Source: Phyllosticta citribraziliensis
Taxonomy: Eukaryota
DNA length: 64,000 nucleotides
Reading direction: 5' to 3'
NCBI RefSeq assembly: GCF_038025025.1
Contig: NW_027117350.1
Location: 682,001 to 746,000 of the forward strand
Position numbers and translations under genes: made by a program. Below, piece after piece: positions 38,803-51,400 of this stretch (position 1 is its first letter; each line of letters begins with the position of its first letter). The notes below the pieces were generated by a model that saw only the letters and a list, made by a program, of their open reading frames with translations, did not search any database and was not told where the DNA came from.

Positions 38803-39770
38803 ATGGCGCCTATCCGCCGCTACCTCCGAATCACAAGGCACTCTGCCCTGGAAGTGCGCATATACCTGGACAACCCTGCCTACGGCGATACTTGGTTGCT
38901 TCGCCAAACCGATCCAGCCTTGCCACGCATAATCGATGCCGTAAGGCCTCTGGTACTCCCCAAGTTGTGGGAGGAAAAGGAACGAGCCAAAGGCAGAGGT
39001 AAAGGCAAAAAAGGTGTCAAGGACGTGGTAACTGGAGGTAAGCATAAAACAATACCATGACAAATGACATCATATCCCAGGTGGGCGGCAATGCTTGGAG
39101 GTTCATGACTGGCAACTTTTTTTCCGAATACTGACAAAGTCTTGCAGATGACTTTGAAGTTTCCATATTCCTCACAGATAATTCCACGCCTCATTCATTG
39201 CTCACGAAGAACAAGAAATTCAACGACAAGCCTCGACTCAAGAGCAACTCTGGCAAGTTGACCGGCTGGCTCGTTACTGGCAAGACGGTTGAAAATCCGG
39301 TTGATTTGGATGTCGAGAAACCACAGGAGACAATTACGATCATGGACGAGGAAGAAGGTCAGCCGCTCTCACTCTCCGAGATACCAGAAGCACCAACCAA
39401 AGGAAGCGATGGGCAACCCATAGGCAGCCCTGAGGGGCTCTTTGTAAACGAAAATTCCAGCGAATCCGAGGATGCCTCAGGACCCTCATCTCGTCGAGGA
39501 AAGAGAAAGCAATCTGCATTGGCCGATGATGATGAAATAGAGGGCGCCAAAGAAGACAAGAAAAAGCTTTTGCTCAATACATCATACGACGGATTCAGTA
39601 TCTATGGCCGCATCCTGTGCTTGGTCGTCAAACGTAAAGGCGCTGCAGCAAAGGGATCTGGCACCGCCGGATCGACGGCACAGGCTCCCAGCAGCCAACA
39701 GATGATGGAGAATTGGGTTTCCACGCAAGCCGCCGCCAACATCGGAGCCGAAGAAGATGGCGATGATTGA
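38803..39770 (+). CDS. Conserved-looking fungal hypothetical protein (~285 aa), divergent from SAM37
   Basis: Exons 38803-39037 and 39148-39770; the intron GTAAGC..ACTGAC..CAG joins the two ORFs in frame. Globular-looking blocks RYLRITRHSALEVRIYL, DDFEVSIFL and SYDGFSIYGRILCLVVK. Confidence 0.8.
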
Positions 39771-42700
39771 GAATCGAAGATCTCGAAAAACATGCTTTCA
39801 ATCAGAGCCTGACCGGTTTCTGGGCCAGATTGCGAACCCTGGCCTCGTAAATCAGCAGGTTCAGGTACACCAGAAGCGAAATGACCACGCTTGTGTCTTC
39901 GTGCTGAAGAAAGACATCCCTTGCGATACGAATGTCCAAGAGCACAGCCGGCCTCAAGGGTAGGCGATCCTTGCCAGGCATTAGGACCAAGTTCTTCAGG
40001 CCAGAGAAGCCTTTGGGAAATGGATCTCATTTCACATTTCCTGGCGCCGCGCTGAGAGCACAACGTTTTCGATCCGATGCCACGAATCGCTTCCGATATG
40101 CAGGTACAGAGCGCCGAACTCGTGCTAAGCCTTGAAAACCTCGTCTCACATCAACAACGGGCGAGATTATAGGGGGATGCCTTGAGCAGCTGTTGGGATC
40201 CCATGTCTTCCACCAGGCACATCCCTGTCCAAACATGCCCTCTGTTGCCCGTCAGGCAATACTGTCCGTGCGGCTTGGCCCTACGCATCTCATCTGGAGA
40301 TTCTTCGCTTGACACGCCTGTGGGACGAGGCGATGCGCGCTCATCCTTGCTTCGAGAAGTTTTCTGGAAGGCTTCCTCTCCCATCAACGCCAATCCTTTC
40401 GTCACCTCTCATCTCTTCCGCCACCAGCGGGTCAACGGCCAACGATCAGTGGGTCTCGTGATTGTGTTCGCCTTGCGAGGCTCTACCGCTCGGCGTCTCT
40501 TGTTGTTGCAACGCCCACACGTGGTCAGTTCCTGTGCCTCGTGTCTTCACCGAAACAGATGAACGGGCAAAAAAGGGCATCAAATTCCTCTCACCGAGTA
40601 ACGACACCGTGTCTCAACCAAACGCTCAAGACGCCTGTGCCGATCAATCCGGCCGCGCGGTAGAAGAATTTTCTGGAAGGCAGACTCAGGGTCGCTAGGC
40701 GACTCCACGCGTGTAGCCATTATATGAGACGCGCACACGCGTTGGCCAACTCGAACTGTTTGGTCCTTACCCCCTTTGTATCTCACTTTGAATGCCCTGG
40801 ACGCCGACGAACGTCCTTTGAAAGGCATCCTTGACTCGTTTGCGGCAAAGCTTCGCCGGAGTTCGAATGAGCTCTGGAAGGGCCACGGAAGCGGTCTGTT
40901 TGTGACTCATCGTGGCCTACGTAGCAGTTGCACACCGCTCGAAAAGTGAGGCCGCTATCTGTGTGCGCGGTCCAATCATTTCATGATTATTCTCGGCGTC
41001 GGCAGGACTCGTTCGAGCAAAGGGAGCGGTGAAGCTGGAGCATGTGCAGAACCTTGCTCAAGCTGCAACTCAACAAGTTTTTTGATGTTTGGAGTTGTCT
41101 CGGAAACTCGCTGCCCTGTCAATAAACATTGACGTTGGTGTGACGGCAGGTCGACTGACCGCCTGTCCGCGAGATCCGGATCGTGTGCCTGGTGTCGTGG
41201 CAATAACGCGGTGCGGACAAACATCGGTCGAGATGCCTTATTCGCAAGGCGCCGGTACGTCCTTGTCTGTGGGAAGCTGAAACCCACGACTGAGAGAATG
41301 CCTTGTGAGGCATCTCAAGAATGCCCATCAAACTGGATGCCTAAGGACTGTCGTCAATCTGACATGAATCCTCAGAGTCGTCGGCAAGGCTGCTCTGGCG
41401 ACGCGTGCTCTTGATGACTTGCATGCCTTCACACAGACGAAGGCGATCATACGCGTCTGAACAGGAAAGCAGATCGACAATCGAACGACGCTCGAACGAT
41501 GATTCTGCGCGAAATTGCGTCTCTGTCCTCTTGGCGCGGCAGTTTTCTCTCTGCGGCTGAGATGAATGCGGAGAAGTGGAGTCTTCTATGCGGGTGAAGT
41601 GGCTGGTGCGGTGCATGCTGATCAGTCAGCTCCAACGTCAACCACACTCCATTCCAACGGCAAAATTGCACGATGGCTTTGAGTTTGGCAGAACCAACGA
41701 AAAGTCTGGAAGTTATCTCGCGAAACCGGTTTCTCAGGCGTTCGTGGAAGCACCAAAGTGTAAAGGACGGAGCAACATAAGCATGTCTAAAGTCAAAGTC
41801 AAGACTGACTTCAGCAACATTCAGTAAGCAGCTTCAGAGTCAGAATGTGAAGCAAGAGCAGTTGAATAAGCGTATGGTCCAATCAGAAAATGCGGAAGAT
41901 AATTAGCATGGGAAATTCAAGTCTATCATCACTCACCGCACTTTCCGAGCAGCAGACGAGATAGCGTTCTGACTGGATGCGTTTTTGAGCGACTATCTTC
42001 TCGTCTTCGCTCCCTGTCATTGAGCGACCCCTCTTCTTTGAGTTACCTGGGCCGGTGGCTCACCACTCAAACACATGCAAGCGAGCCTGTTGCGACGAGG
42101 ACGACCGGACCGAGCAGAGACAGTATCATGAGACCAGGCAGTTCCCGAGAATCCACGCACCCGGATACGCGCGGACACGACGGGCCAGCCTGCCCAGCCA
42201 GCCAACCACTGCAAGGTACGAGTAGCGCGAAGGTTTTCCACCCACCTTCTCTGCATGTGGTGCCGCGAGCCGACTGCCAGCCAACCAACCAGTCAGCCTT
42301 GCCAACCGTTGGTTCCCCTCTCATGACGACAGTATGTGCCTGAGCCGTTCTACCTAGCTGCCAAGCATCACACCTTACTACCGCCAGTGAACCTACACAC
42401 ACCCAGCCGAGCCGAGCTGTGACTACCCACCCACCCATCCATCACGAACCGAACAACCAACCAATCAACCAGCCTCCCTCACGCCCCCGGACAGTGGCGG
42501 GCAACCGAGTCAAGCTCGGTACTGACGTTGACGTCTATGTCGTCGTGTCGGTTTTGTCACCTCACGCATGCCGTCTGTTTCGCCAAACCCAAACTTTCCC
42601 GCTACCGCACCTCAAACAGGGCAGTGCAGCGGTGCAGCCGTGTCAGTGGGCAAAACGAAACGAAACGAAACCACCAGTCTGTCTCGGCCGTTGCGGCGGC

Positions 42701-45700
42701 GGTTGTCGCACCGAACGAACAGTAGCAAGCTGAACTGAATCCAGTGTCGCGGTTTCGATCCTCTCTCAAATCATTGCGAGCATTGCGAAACATGTTGGAT
42801 TGAAAGATGCTGTGGAATTGCGTATGTAGCAACAGCAGGCGGACAGGCTGGCAAGAACAAACGCGTCACGCCCGGCGCGCGCCTGCAAGTGAGGCATCCG
42901 CAGGCAGGCAGCACAGCCTCTCTCTAGCTCGTGTGGTTGTCCCTCGGCGTTGTCCCTCCACCTCGTCGTCGTCTTTGCCGCATCGTGCCGCATCGCATCG
43001 TATCGCAGCAGCGCATCGTATGGCATCACCCCTCAAGCTTCCCCAAGCGTCGCCATGGCCGCCGCGGCAGTGGCAGTGACGGTGACGTTATCATCGAAAC
43101 CCGGTTCTCCTCGTTACAGATGGACCCGACGAACCTGCGAAGATGTATAGACCTACGTCAGCATCATCTGACTTGATTTGATTTAATCCCGCCTCGCGTT
43201 TGCTCTACCGTACCGTACCGTGCGTAGCCTCTGCCGCGGTGAAACGAGGAAATCAGACGACACCAAACGACAACGTCGCCGGAGGCAGGACGAAACAGGG
43301 CGGCGGGTCGAAACAATGCAGCAGCAGTTGCGGCGGCGGCGGGAGGCTGTGGCGCCGGCGGGGCGGGAAGGCTGGGCTGTGCTAGGCTGGACAGCGCTGC
43401 GCTGGGCATGGATGACTCTTGATTCTGTGACAAGTTACAGAGTGGATGGAGCAGTGGTGTGTGTGTGGCTGGGCGAGGTGAGCTGCTGGTGCTGTTGCTG
43501 CTCTGCGTCAACAACTTGCTCAGCCAGTTTGGGACTACGATTAGACAGCACGCACGTTGCTTTGCAAAGCTGGAGGTGAAGGCAATCGAGACATGTCGTT
43601 GTGCCTGTGCTGTCAGGGGGTGGGGGTTGCAGTGTAGCAGAGGCCACAACACCTTCCGCTCACCACGGACATGCTCACCAAACCCGCCTGCTCGCCCGCC
43701 TCCGGCAACAGAAGCAACAATAGAAACAAATCCATCAGCTCCGGCCGTGCAGACAACCAAACAAAATAAACAGCCGAAACAAAAACGTCGTCAGGCACCA
43801 CCAGCACCAGCATGTGGCAGCGACAGGCAAAACAGGGCAAACAACCAGGCCGGGCAGGCAGGCAGGGCCAAACAGGCGGGCGGGCAGGCGGGCGGGCGAT
43901 TGAAACGCCGTTTCAGCTAAAAAGAGCAGCAACCGACGAGCAAATGACTAAACGGAGCGGAGCGGTAGTGGCTGTTCCTGGCCACTTACCACCCGACAAG
44001 CTACGTTACGGTAGCCACCACATGGGCAAGCTGGGTAGGCACTGTAGGCGGTGTGCAAGGAAGCTTCTTCTCCTTCTCGCCCGTGGCAAGCTCGTACCCG
44101 CCGCTGTGGGCGTGGCGGGCAGGGAAGATGGCTGGAAGTGGGGAGGGATGGGTGGCATGGAGCGAGGGGAGGGGTTAAGAGCAAGAGCATGAGGTTACGT
44201 ATGCTCTTGCCTGTTCGTCGATTTTTGGCTTTGGTGTCTGCGTGTTTCTTGCCGGGCGATGACAACGATGGCAGCGCAGTCACTACCACTACGTCAAGTG
44301 CAACTGCGGCAGCGTACTGTATACTGACCATATAGCCAGCAAACACGCGGCGAGCGATGACGAGAACGACAAAAAGGAGAAGGGATGAAGAAGCAGAAGG
44401 CGACGACAGAGAAAAAAGTTCACGTCCAGAAAAGCTTAACCCTGCTCGCCGCCAAAGGATAGCCCATGAGCAGCCCGAGGAAAGCAAGCTGACAGCGCCA
44501 GACGAAACTCCGCGGCAAGGTAGGGATGAGCTCAGGAGAGGTGATGAAGATGGTATGAGGATTTTACCTCCTTGCCATTGTTTATCTGTCCTTCTATCCG
44601 TTGTTTTGATGAGAGTGAGATTGAGCGTCGGGGAATCAGAGTGTTGTCGTCTGTTTACATGCTCGTCGAGACGGCGGTCCAGCCAAAGTGAAATTGTTGT
44701 CATATCGGCGGCTGTTTACTTCATGTGGGTGCACTTTATCTGTCAACGGCGATCTACCGCAGACAGGGGCAGCTCAGGAGTTTCTGGGGTTTATGAAGCG
44801 TTGTAAAGGGAAGCAAACACACGGAAAGAGCAGGCAAGGAAAACAGCAGAGCCAAACGTGATGAAAGGCATTCAGTCAGCGTTTGGGACGCGACAAAAAG
44901 CATAGGGCGAAAGGGCCAACTGGTGTCCGAGCTGACCCCGGATTTGCATTCACCTGCCAGAGTAAGCGAGCATGGAGACGGCAGCGGGCGAGCTAGCTCA
45001 TGATTCCCCGGTTTGCGAGGACGTCCGCCGGTTCGCGCTTGCTCAGACTTTTTGTTTGACTGACCGTCCATGGTGGGCTTTTCCTTCTCCTCCTGACCGA
45101 CTGGGGGCGATACTCGAACATCACCCGACAGAACCTCTCAAATAGGATTTTCGCGCTGCTGGGACCGACAACTGACGAAAGGCCCGGGTGAAGCCGCCGC
45201 AGGCACGCGGTACGTACTGGTCGTACAGAGCTGCTCAGCTCAGAACCCCATTGGCAGCGGTTGGGCGGCTGGCATCAGACGGAACGGCAAACCCAGCTTG
45301 CCCAACCGAGGAGAGAGCACGTTTCAGACTGACGATGATGCGCAAAATTTTTTTGCTGCATGTTTAGTTGGCCGCTGCAGTCTGTGTACACACACCTGTT
45401 CCTACCACACCTTTTGCGTGCATGACGCTGGAGCGCTGTCTGATTTGTCGCGACGGACAAAAGACGTCAAGTGCAAAGCTTACCGCTCAGATGACCCCCT
45501 CTGCTCCACTCGACTTATCTCTCGACGCGTCGTTGTCGTCTTTCTCGGCGAAGAAACTTTCTTTAGCATTTGGCGACACGGTTACGGGTTAAGGCCACCT
45601 GACTGTGCCCGAAAGGGGTTGGGCGCAGAAACGGAAAGGAGTCATTGGAATGGTGTTGCAGAACCAAGCCGACGGGACTCGTTGATGACAGCAGCCGACG

Positions 45701-46667
45701 GGACGAGAGCATGGATGAACGAAAAGGCAACGGGCGGAGACGAGGTGAAATCCCCGGACATGCTCGAGGCGGACGGGACAAGGAGAGATGGGAGATAGCC
45801 GCACATGCGGACCCGAGAAGATCTGGAAGTCAAACGGCCCCCGCAAGCAACCGCTCTTCGGCGCCGCCGACTGGACATGAGCGGAAGCGAACAGCGATCC
45901 TGTCGAAGATTCACGAGGCCACGAATAGGACAGCAAGGCGCGCCACATGCCCCGTGACGCCAGGCAGCAGCTGCGGTCGAAGTCGATGGCAGCATGGCGA
46001 ACAAAGCCACAAGCCCACGTGGTGGGGAGAGCGCTCGAGAAGTATGCAGGGGTGATGGCCTGTGGGGATGCTGATGAAGTCGGCCACAGATAAGACAAGA
46101 CGGTTCTGGTGGGCTGGGCCAGAGACGAAGAGTCATGAAAGCATTGATCCTAGAGCAGATGATCCGTACCGTGCCGCAACTCCTATCGACAGTCAATGCG
46201 CGCAGTGGCCTGTTGGCTTCAAGGTAACCAAGGTCGGGTTTGGGATAAGGTGCATTTTGCGGATGCCGAGCTGGGCGGGCACGCTGAAACACTGCAGCAT
46301 CCGGGCAACAGAGCAGCAGCAGAGAAGCCGAGTCGGCGGAGAGGGTTGGCAGACGGATGGTGCCTGGCGGACCCTGAGGGGAGCGGCTGGAGTCAAGACC
46401 CGAGTGCCCAAGAATGCCCAAGAGGGCTCGTGTGCCGCGTTCCTGCAGCAGCGTCGACGGGCTGAGCTGGAGAGCGGTTTCGAACATGGCATTGCGACGT
46501 TCTTGGGACGTCTCACGGCCTGGAGACGGGCTTTTCGTAGCGGCTTCCTTGGAAGGGCCAGGGTCCAGGGCGTAGTGCTAGTCAGGAACAGCCGTCCAAG
46601 GCGCTGGGCAGGCGTCGTCTCGGTCGAGCCACGCAATTCTACGAAACGGAGGGCAGCGGTTTCTGCA

Positions 46668-46922
46668 TCAACAATGGAGTCGGCTGTGCCCGCAGACGTG
46701 AGTGACCTGTTGTAGAAGCGCGTGGAGAGATGGCTGGGGCTTGAAACGGTAGTCCAGGTGGGGCCTGGAGGGGAGACCGACCAGGGTCTTGAGGTGTTCG
46801 TCCCAAAACGGCATGGGCGGCGGCCCAATGTGGTTTAGAGCCCCTTCTGGGGTACCCGATCGGGCGGAGGGTGAAGCTTGACCGAGATATTGGTTATGCG
46901 GCCCATGTCCTGACGACTGCAT
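46668..46922 (-). CDS. Candidate small protein (84 aa, or 48 aa from the ATG at 46814)
   Basis: MQSSGHG..PPPMPFWDEHLKTLVGLPSRPHLDYRFKPQPSLHALLQQ..LHC*. In the 36 codons from 46814, G+C is 27/36 at position 3 versus 13/36 at position 2, which is coding-like periodicity. No recognised family. Confidence 0.4.
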   Translation of the reverse strand: MQSSGHGPHNQYLGQASPSARSGTPEGALNHIGPPPMPFWDEHLKTLVGLPSRPHLDYRFKPQPSLHALLQQVTHVCGHSRLHC

Positions 46923-47937
46923 GTCCACTAATAGCGACGTGTTGCAGAGGCACAGCCCAGGGCCTTGGATTGGATTGAAGTGGATCGAACGACGGAGATG
47001 AGCACAGTTGGACGAAAGCGTTGATCGAGTATCGAGTTGGAAGTAGCTGAGGCAGGCTGATGTGCTGTACGTGGAAATGCCTTGTGCTCATCCCCCAGAA
47101 TCGAATCGGGGCACATGGCCTGTGAGGGTGACATGGCGATCTTGGAGTTGCATGTCAGATTGCTGGAGGCGGCGCTACCGGACGGCGGTGGTTGAGGCTA
47201 GTAGCCGTTCACGCGGGGCCAAGGAACAGAGTGCCGTGGGGGCGCAGGAGGAAAGGAAGGCGACCCCTGAAGGACCGTTTAGCGACGAGATGCAATCCAG
47301 GTCGAAAGCATTTTTGGACGTGTAAAGATGATGTTGTAGTTGATGCAATGACGACGGCTCTGCAGGGAGCTTATCTGCTCTGGGCAGTGCAGGGCAGGGC
47401 AGGGCAGGGGCAAGCATGACGTGAGCGACATGTCGCCAAAGTATGCAAGGTAGGTCATGTACAAACAGGCTGTGTGGGAAGAATGCGACGATGAGTCAAG
47501 AGTCGAATCGAACAAGACTTGGAGTTGATGGCAGCTTGTCGGCCGACGCGTCACAGAGAGGTCGTCGACGTGTGGCGGTCACGTCAGATGGTTGAGAGGA
47601 ACATGAACCAACCTGAGCTGAGCTGAGCTTGGCCCGAAGTAGGGGCCGACAGCGAGTAGCGGTCTCAATCTCCGGGCATGCCCAGTGCGCGAAGATCTCG
47701 AACCTGCAGAAGGGCGGGAGAAGGAGAGCACGAGCAGTGTGGAGAGGACAACCTCTCGAAGCTGACTGCCCTCGGCGCCAGCCATGAAGCCACTAGAGTC
47801 GGTCCGACGAGTATCCAAATCATTCTCGCCCGGTCGTGGTGAAACCTGATGTCACTGGCTTTGGAGTCGATTCTACGGTGCATGCATGTGGACGACCCAT
47901 CTGCAGCTGAAACATGCAGTCGAATGTTTGATTGTTT

Positions 47938-48010
47938 GCAGCGCAGCGCAGCGCAGCGCAGCGCAGCACTGGACAGGGACCCCGACAAGGACCCCGACAA
48001 GGACCCCGGC
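47938..48010. repeat. (GCGCA)5 microsatellite followed by a 12-bp tandem repeat GGACCCCGACAA (2 full copies and 1 partial)
   Basis: Directly visible at 47941-47965 and 47977-48010. Confidence 0.85.
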
Positions 48011-48218
48011 CACGGGCACGGTTCAGGCACTGCGGTGCCGGTCAGCCCGACAACTGACCTCCGCTGAAGGAACTAAGTGCCCGTGTCGTGCCTTGCGCAA
48101 GCCCTTGGCCGCCTCACCAGCATGGCCCCAGTAGTCGCCCAGCAGGGGCCCCCAAGAGCTTATTACACCACTGTCCGAAACGGCATGCCTGCCTCACACC
48201 ATTCCAAGCCCAAAAAGC

Positions 48219-48372
48219 CATAAATACCATCTGTCCGCCCTGCCGCTTACGGTTGAAACATCTCCATCATCACCACCATCACTCTTCACTCCACTCGTCC
48301 ACACAAGACTCAATCTTCTGCTCCACTCCACACTCTTCCTCTACCAACAACCACCAACACTCCTCCTCCACA
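48219..48372 (+). promoter_or_regulatory. TATA-like box and C/A-rich, ATG-free leader of the micropeptide ORF
   Basis: CATAAATA at 48219-48226, then about 145 nt of G-poor sequence with no ATG, ending in the start context CCACAATG. Confidence 0.55.
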
Positions 48373-48450
48373 ATGCCGGCCACCGCTCACCTGCCTCCCT
48401 GCCCCGGCCCTCCTCCTACCAGGCCTCTGCCTCCTCTCCCCAAGAACTAA
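48373..48450 (+). CDS. 25-aa proline-rich micropeptide MPATAHLPPCPGPPPTRPLPPLPKN
   Basis: Strong fungal start context, TAA stop, no A-ending sense codon among 25, and an upstream TATA-like element. Contains the class I SH3-ligand motif RPLPPLP. Confidence 0.7.
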   Translation: MPATAHLPPCPGPPPTRPLPPLPKN

Positions 48451-51400
48451 GCCAACGTCTCAATCCGGCTTCGACCAACCTCTCTCCTCCGTCTCGGCTT
48501 CTCTCGCTATCCACATGACCGCCTTTTGACATTCGGATCTCCTTGTCACCCTAATGGACATTACACGACCCCACATCTGGTGTTTCAGCGACCATCATCT
48601 ACCAACGCCGACCCCGGCCAATCATTCTTATCACGTTGGCTCATTCAATGGCCTTCGGTAATATCAAAACGGCCATGACCGCCCTGCGCGGCCTCTGCGG
48701 GACCTCGCATGCCTGATACCCGCAACTGCAAGGGTCCCAGGCGCGAGTTCGCTACTCCACGCCATGCGCCTCGCCGCAAGAGTGCCTCTCGCCGATATCA
48801 TATGGGCCTGCAACCGCAACCCCTCCGTCACATGGCCGGCCTCTCTTGGCGCCTCCCAGACGTTTGCGTCGGGCATGCTCTGCGCTGCCCTGGCCCGTCT
48901 GCTCCAAGACTCTACCCTCAACCTTGTTCTCCATCGAAGTTCGACTTCGCTGCAGGTCCGGCATTGTCGACCTCGGGCGACCCTGGACGCCTTCGCCACA
49001 CCTCTCTCTCTTTTCTAATTAACGAGCGCCATTGGCGACTGTAATGCATCATCGGCGCCGGTTGGGTGGGGGGTTTTCTGTCATGCTGCATCATTCCATC
49101 ATGGCTTGTTCACGCGCTTCATGCGCCTTGGGGGGTTATGTGGTTTTCATTTTCATAGCAACACTCTCGTGAGGAGGATCATACCCGGGCAGATTGTACG
49201 CGCCCACTCCTAGTAACTGAATATCAATCGTTCCAAACAGATACTTCATGTACAGAACTGTGCCTCGTGACGATCATCTTGATCAAGTTTCTGTGGCACC
49301 CCGGCGCCGTCGTTTCACAAAAACTGCTCCTCACGGCCGACGCGAAAAAAGTATCCACTCTCCAGACCAGGGTCTTTTGCTCAATCCGTACCGAGCTGCG
49401 TGCCAATTGTTAATGCGCGCACCTCACGAGCGCGATAGCCGCATTCCAATGGCAAGGCAGGCTGAGGCGGCTCGATGCAGTTATTCAGTCATGCAGCTGC
49501 ATGCCGCGGGGATCTGATCTGGTGGGGGAGAGGGGCCACGGCCGACTGACTCTGAGATGGGCTGCAGGGCTGCAAGAAGATGATGGAATGCTCGTCCACC
49601 GTCCGAGTCAGAGCATTGCCTTGACTTTGTGAAGATGGATCGCCATTGGATTGTCTGTGGGGAAAGGACGTGGGCTGCCTCTCTTCATGTCCAAACCTGC
49701 TGCACCCCTGCCCTAAGGAACCAAGTCGACCGGCCTTCCGTCTGCCTCTCCTCGTGACTGCATCTCCGCGGTTGCCGCACCTTTTTTCCCTTCTTCATCG
49801 TCTCACCGCTCGTCCGGCAACCTCATGGCCCGAGGCACAATGACCTACCTATCCATCAATCACGCGCCCGCGCAAACAATCGTCTCCGAACGGCTCCGGC
49901 TGCCAAGGGTCGGTACAGTACGCACGACGGCAGAACAGTGGGCGCTGCCACGTTGCTGCGAAGACGAGGCCAGTCGTCCGACGCGCGCTGCATCATGCAT
50001 CACATCAGCTCGCCGTGAACCTAACCCACGTGTTGGCCACTGTCGTCAGCACCTCACATGGACGACGGCGGAAATTCCTCGCAACGACCCATTCTGAAAC
50101 GCGGACAGGCCAAACATGATGCAAGCTGATCATCCTCGCCACAGCCGTCTATCATTAGCAGCAAAAGGCAAGGTAACGTAGGAGGCTGGCCGCAATGGAT
50201 GAAACGGCGCGTTCGTCTCGCGAGCGCCAGGCCGCGTCTCATGCTGCTGCTCCCTTGGCTCCTCTCGTCCAACTGCTTCAGGACCCTGGAAACCTCACCC
50301 GCTGCTCATCAAACCCCCGGGCATCCCGCCCAGCTTGCATCATGGCCAATTCTCATTTGCGACTTGCGCTTCGCTGCCCTGCGTGTGCCTGATTGCGCAG
50401 CGCCTCTTGGGGCGCGTTCCTGGCTGCTCTCCACTAGCTCATCCTTGCCGCCGACCCTTGTTTTAGCAACCGTTTTACGCCTCCCACCAAACAGGTGCCG
50501 TTGCTTCAGCGCCCCCAAATCTGACCCGCCGCCCTCTGAGGCTCTGCCGCGCGCTACGTCCAGGCGTTTGCTTCCTCGCCATCAACAAAGACTGCCAAGC
50601 TCGCTGCCTGGACAAGTCCGTGATTGGAGTGTGTTGCGCTGCGGCACAGTCGTGGCCGTCGGCTGCAGGGATAAGGGGATTGCCAGTGGGGAGCGTACGA
50701 TTTGACACCAACACCACGACCAGTCCAACGCCACCTGCCACCGCCAGCCGCAGCGCAGCGCAGCGCAGCGGCCACGTCTCCTGAAGGAGCAATATTCCAG
50801 AATGTTCCTGCCAAGACGCTAGAAGGACGCTCTGACGGAGCAAACACGTCTCTACGAGACCCTTTTGACGCACTGCAAAACGTCTCACGCGTTGGGGCTC
50901 TTTGGAGGCACGTTCGGGTGGCGACCACCGACGCGGGCCGATGAATGTTGACATTTTACCCTTTGAGCAATGTCATCTCGGCATGTCAGGGGCCGAAAAC
51001 TCTGGGGAGGGGGCTAGGGGCGGTGAAGAGGTGGCGTGGTCTGTGTTTGAAAGAGCGAGAAAAGAGCACTTGGACCTCCCGAGCTCGATGAGCTGCAGAA
51101 AAACACCTCCTCCTCAGAGAGATCTGTGGCCAAAGTGGAGAGAGGGAAAGCGGCGCGGTTGAACCCTGGGCGGACGAGGGCACACAAAGTCAACACCACG
51201 GCCGACCGAAGCTCCTGCCTCCTGCCGCGCTTTGAGCAGCTTCAAAGACGTCCATCCGCATTGATTCGCCGGCGCTCTGCTCCAGGAGACGTGGCGATCC
51301 ATGTCGTCACAGGGTCGCTGCCACGGAGCGCGAAGCGCTTTCCTCCTTGTCCGTGTCGCTTTGCTCGACATCAAGACGTGGACCAGAGGATCTTGCACGT

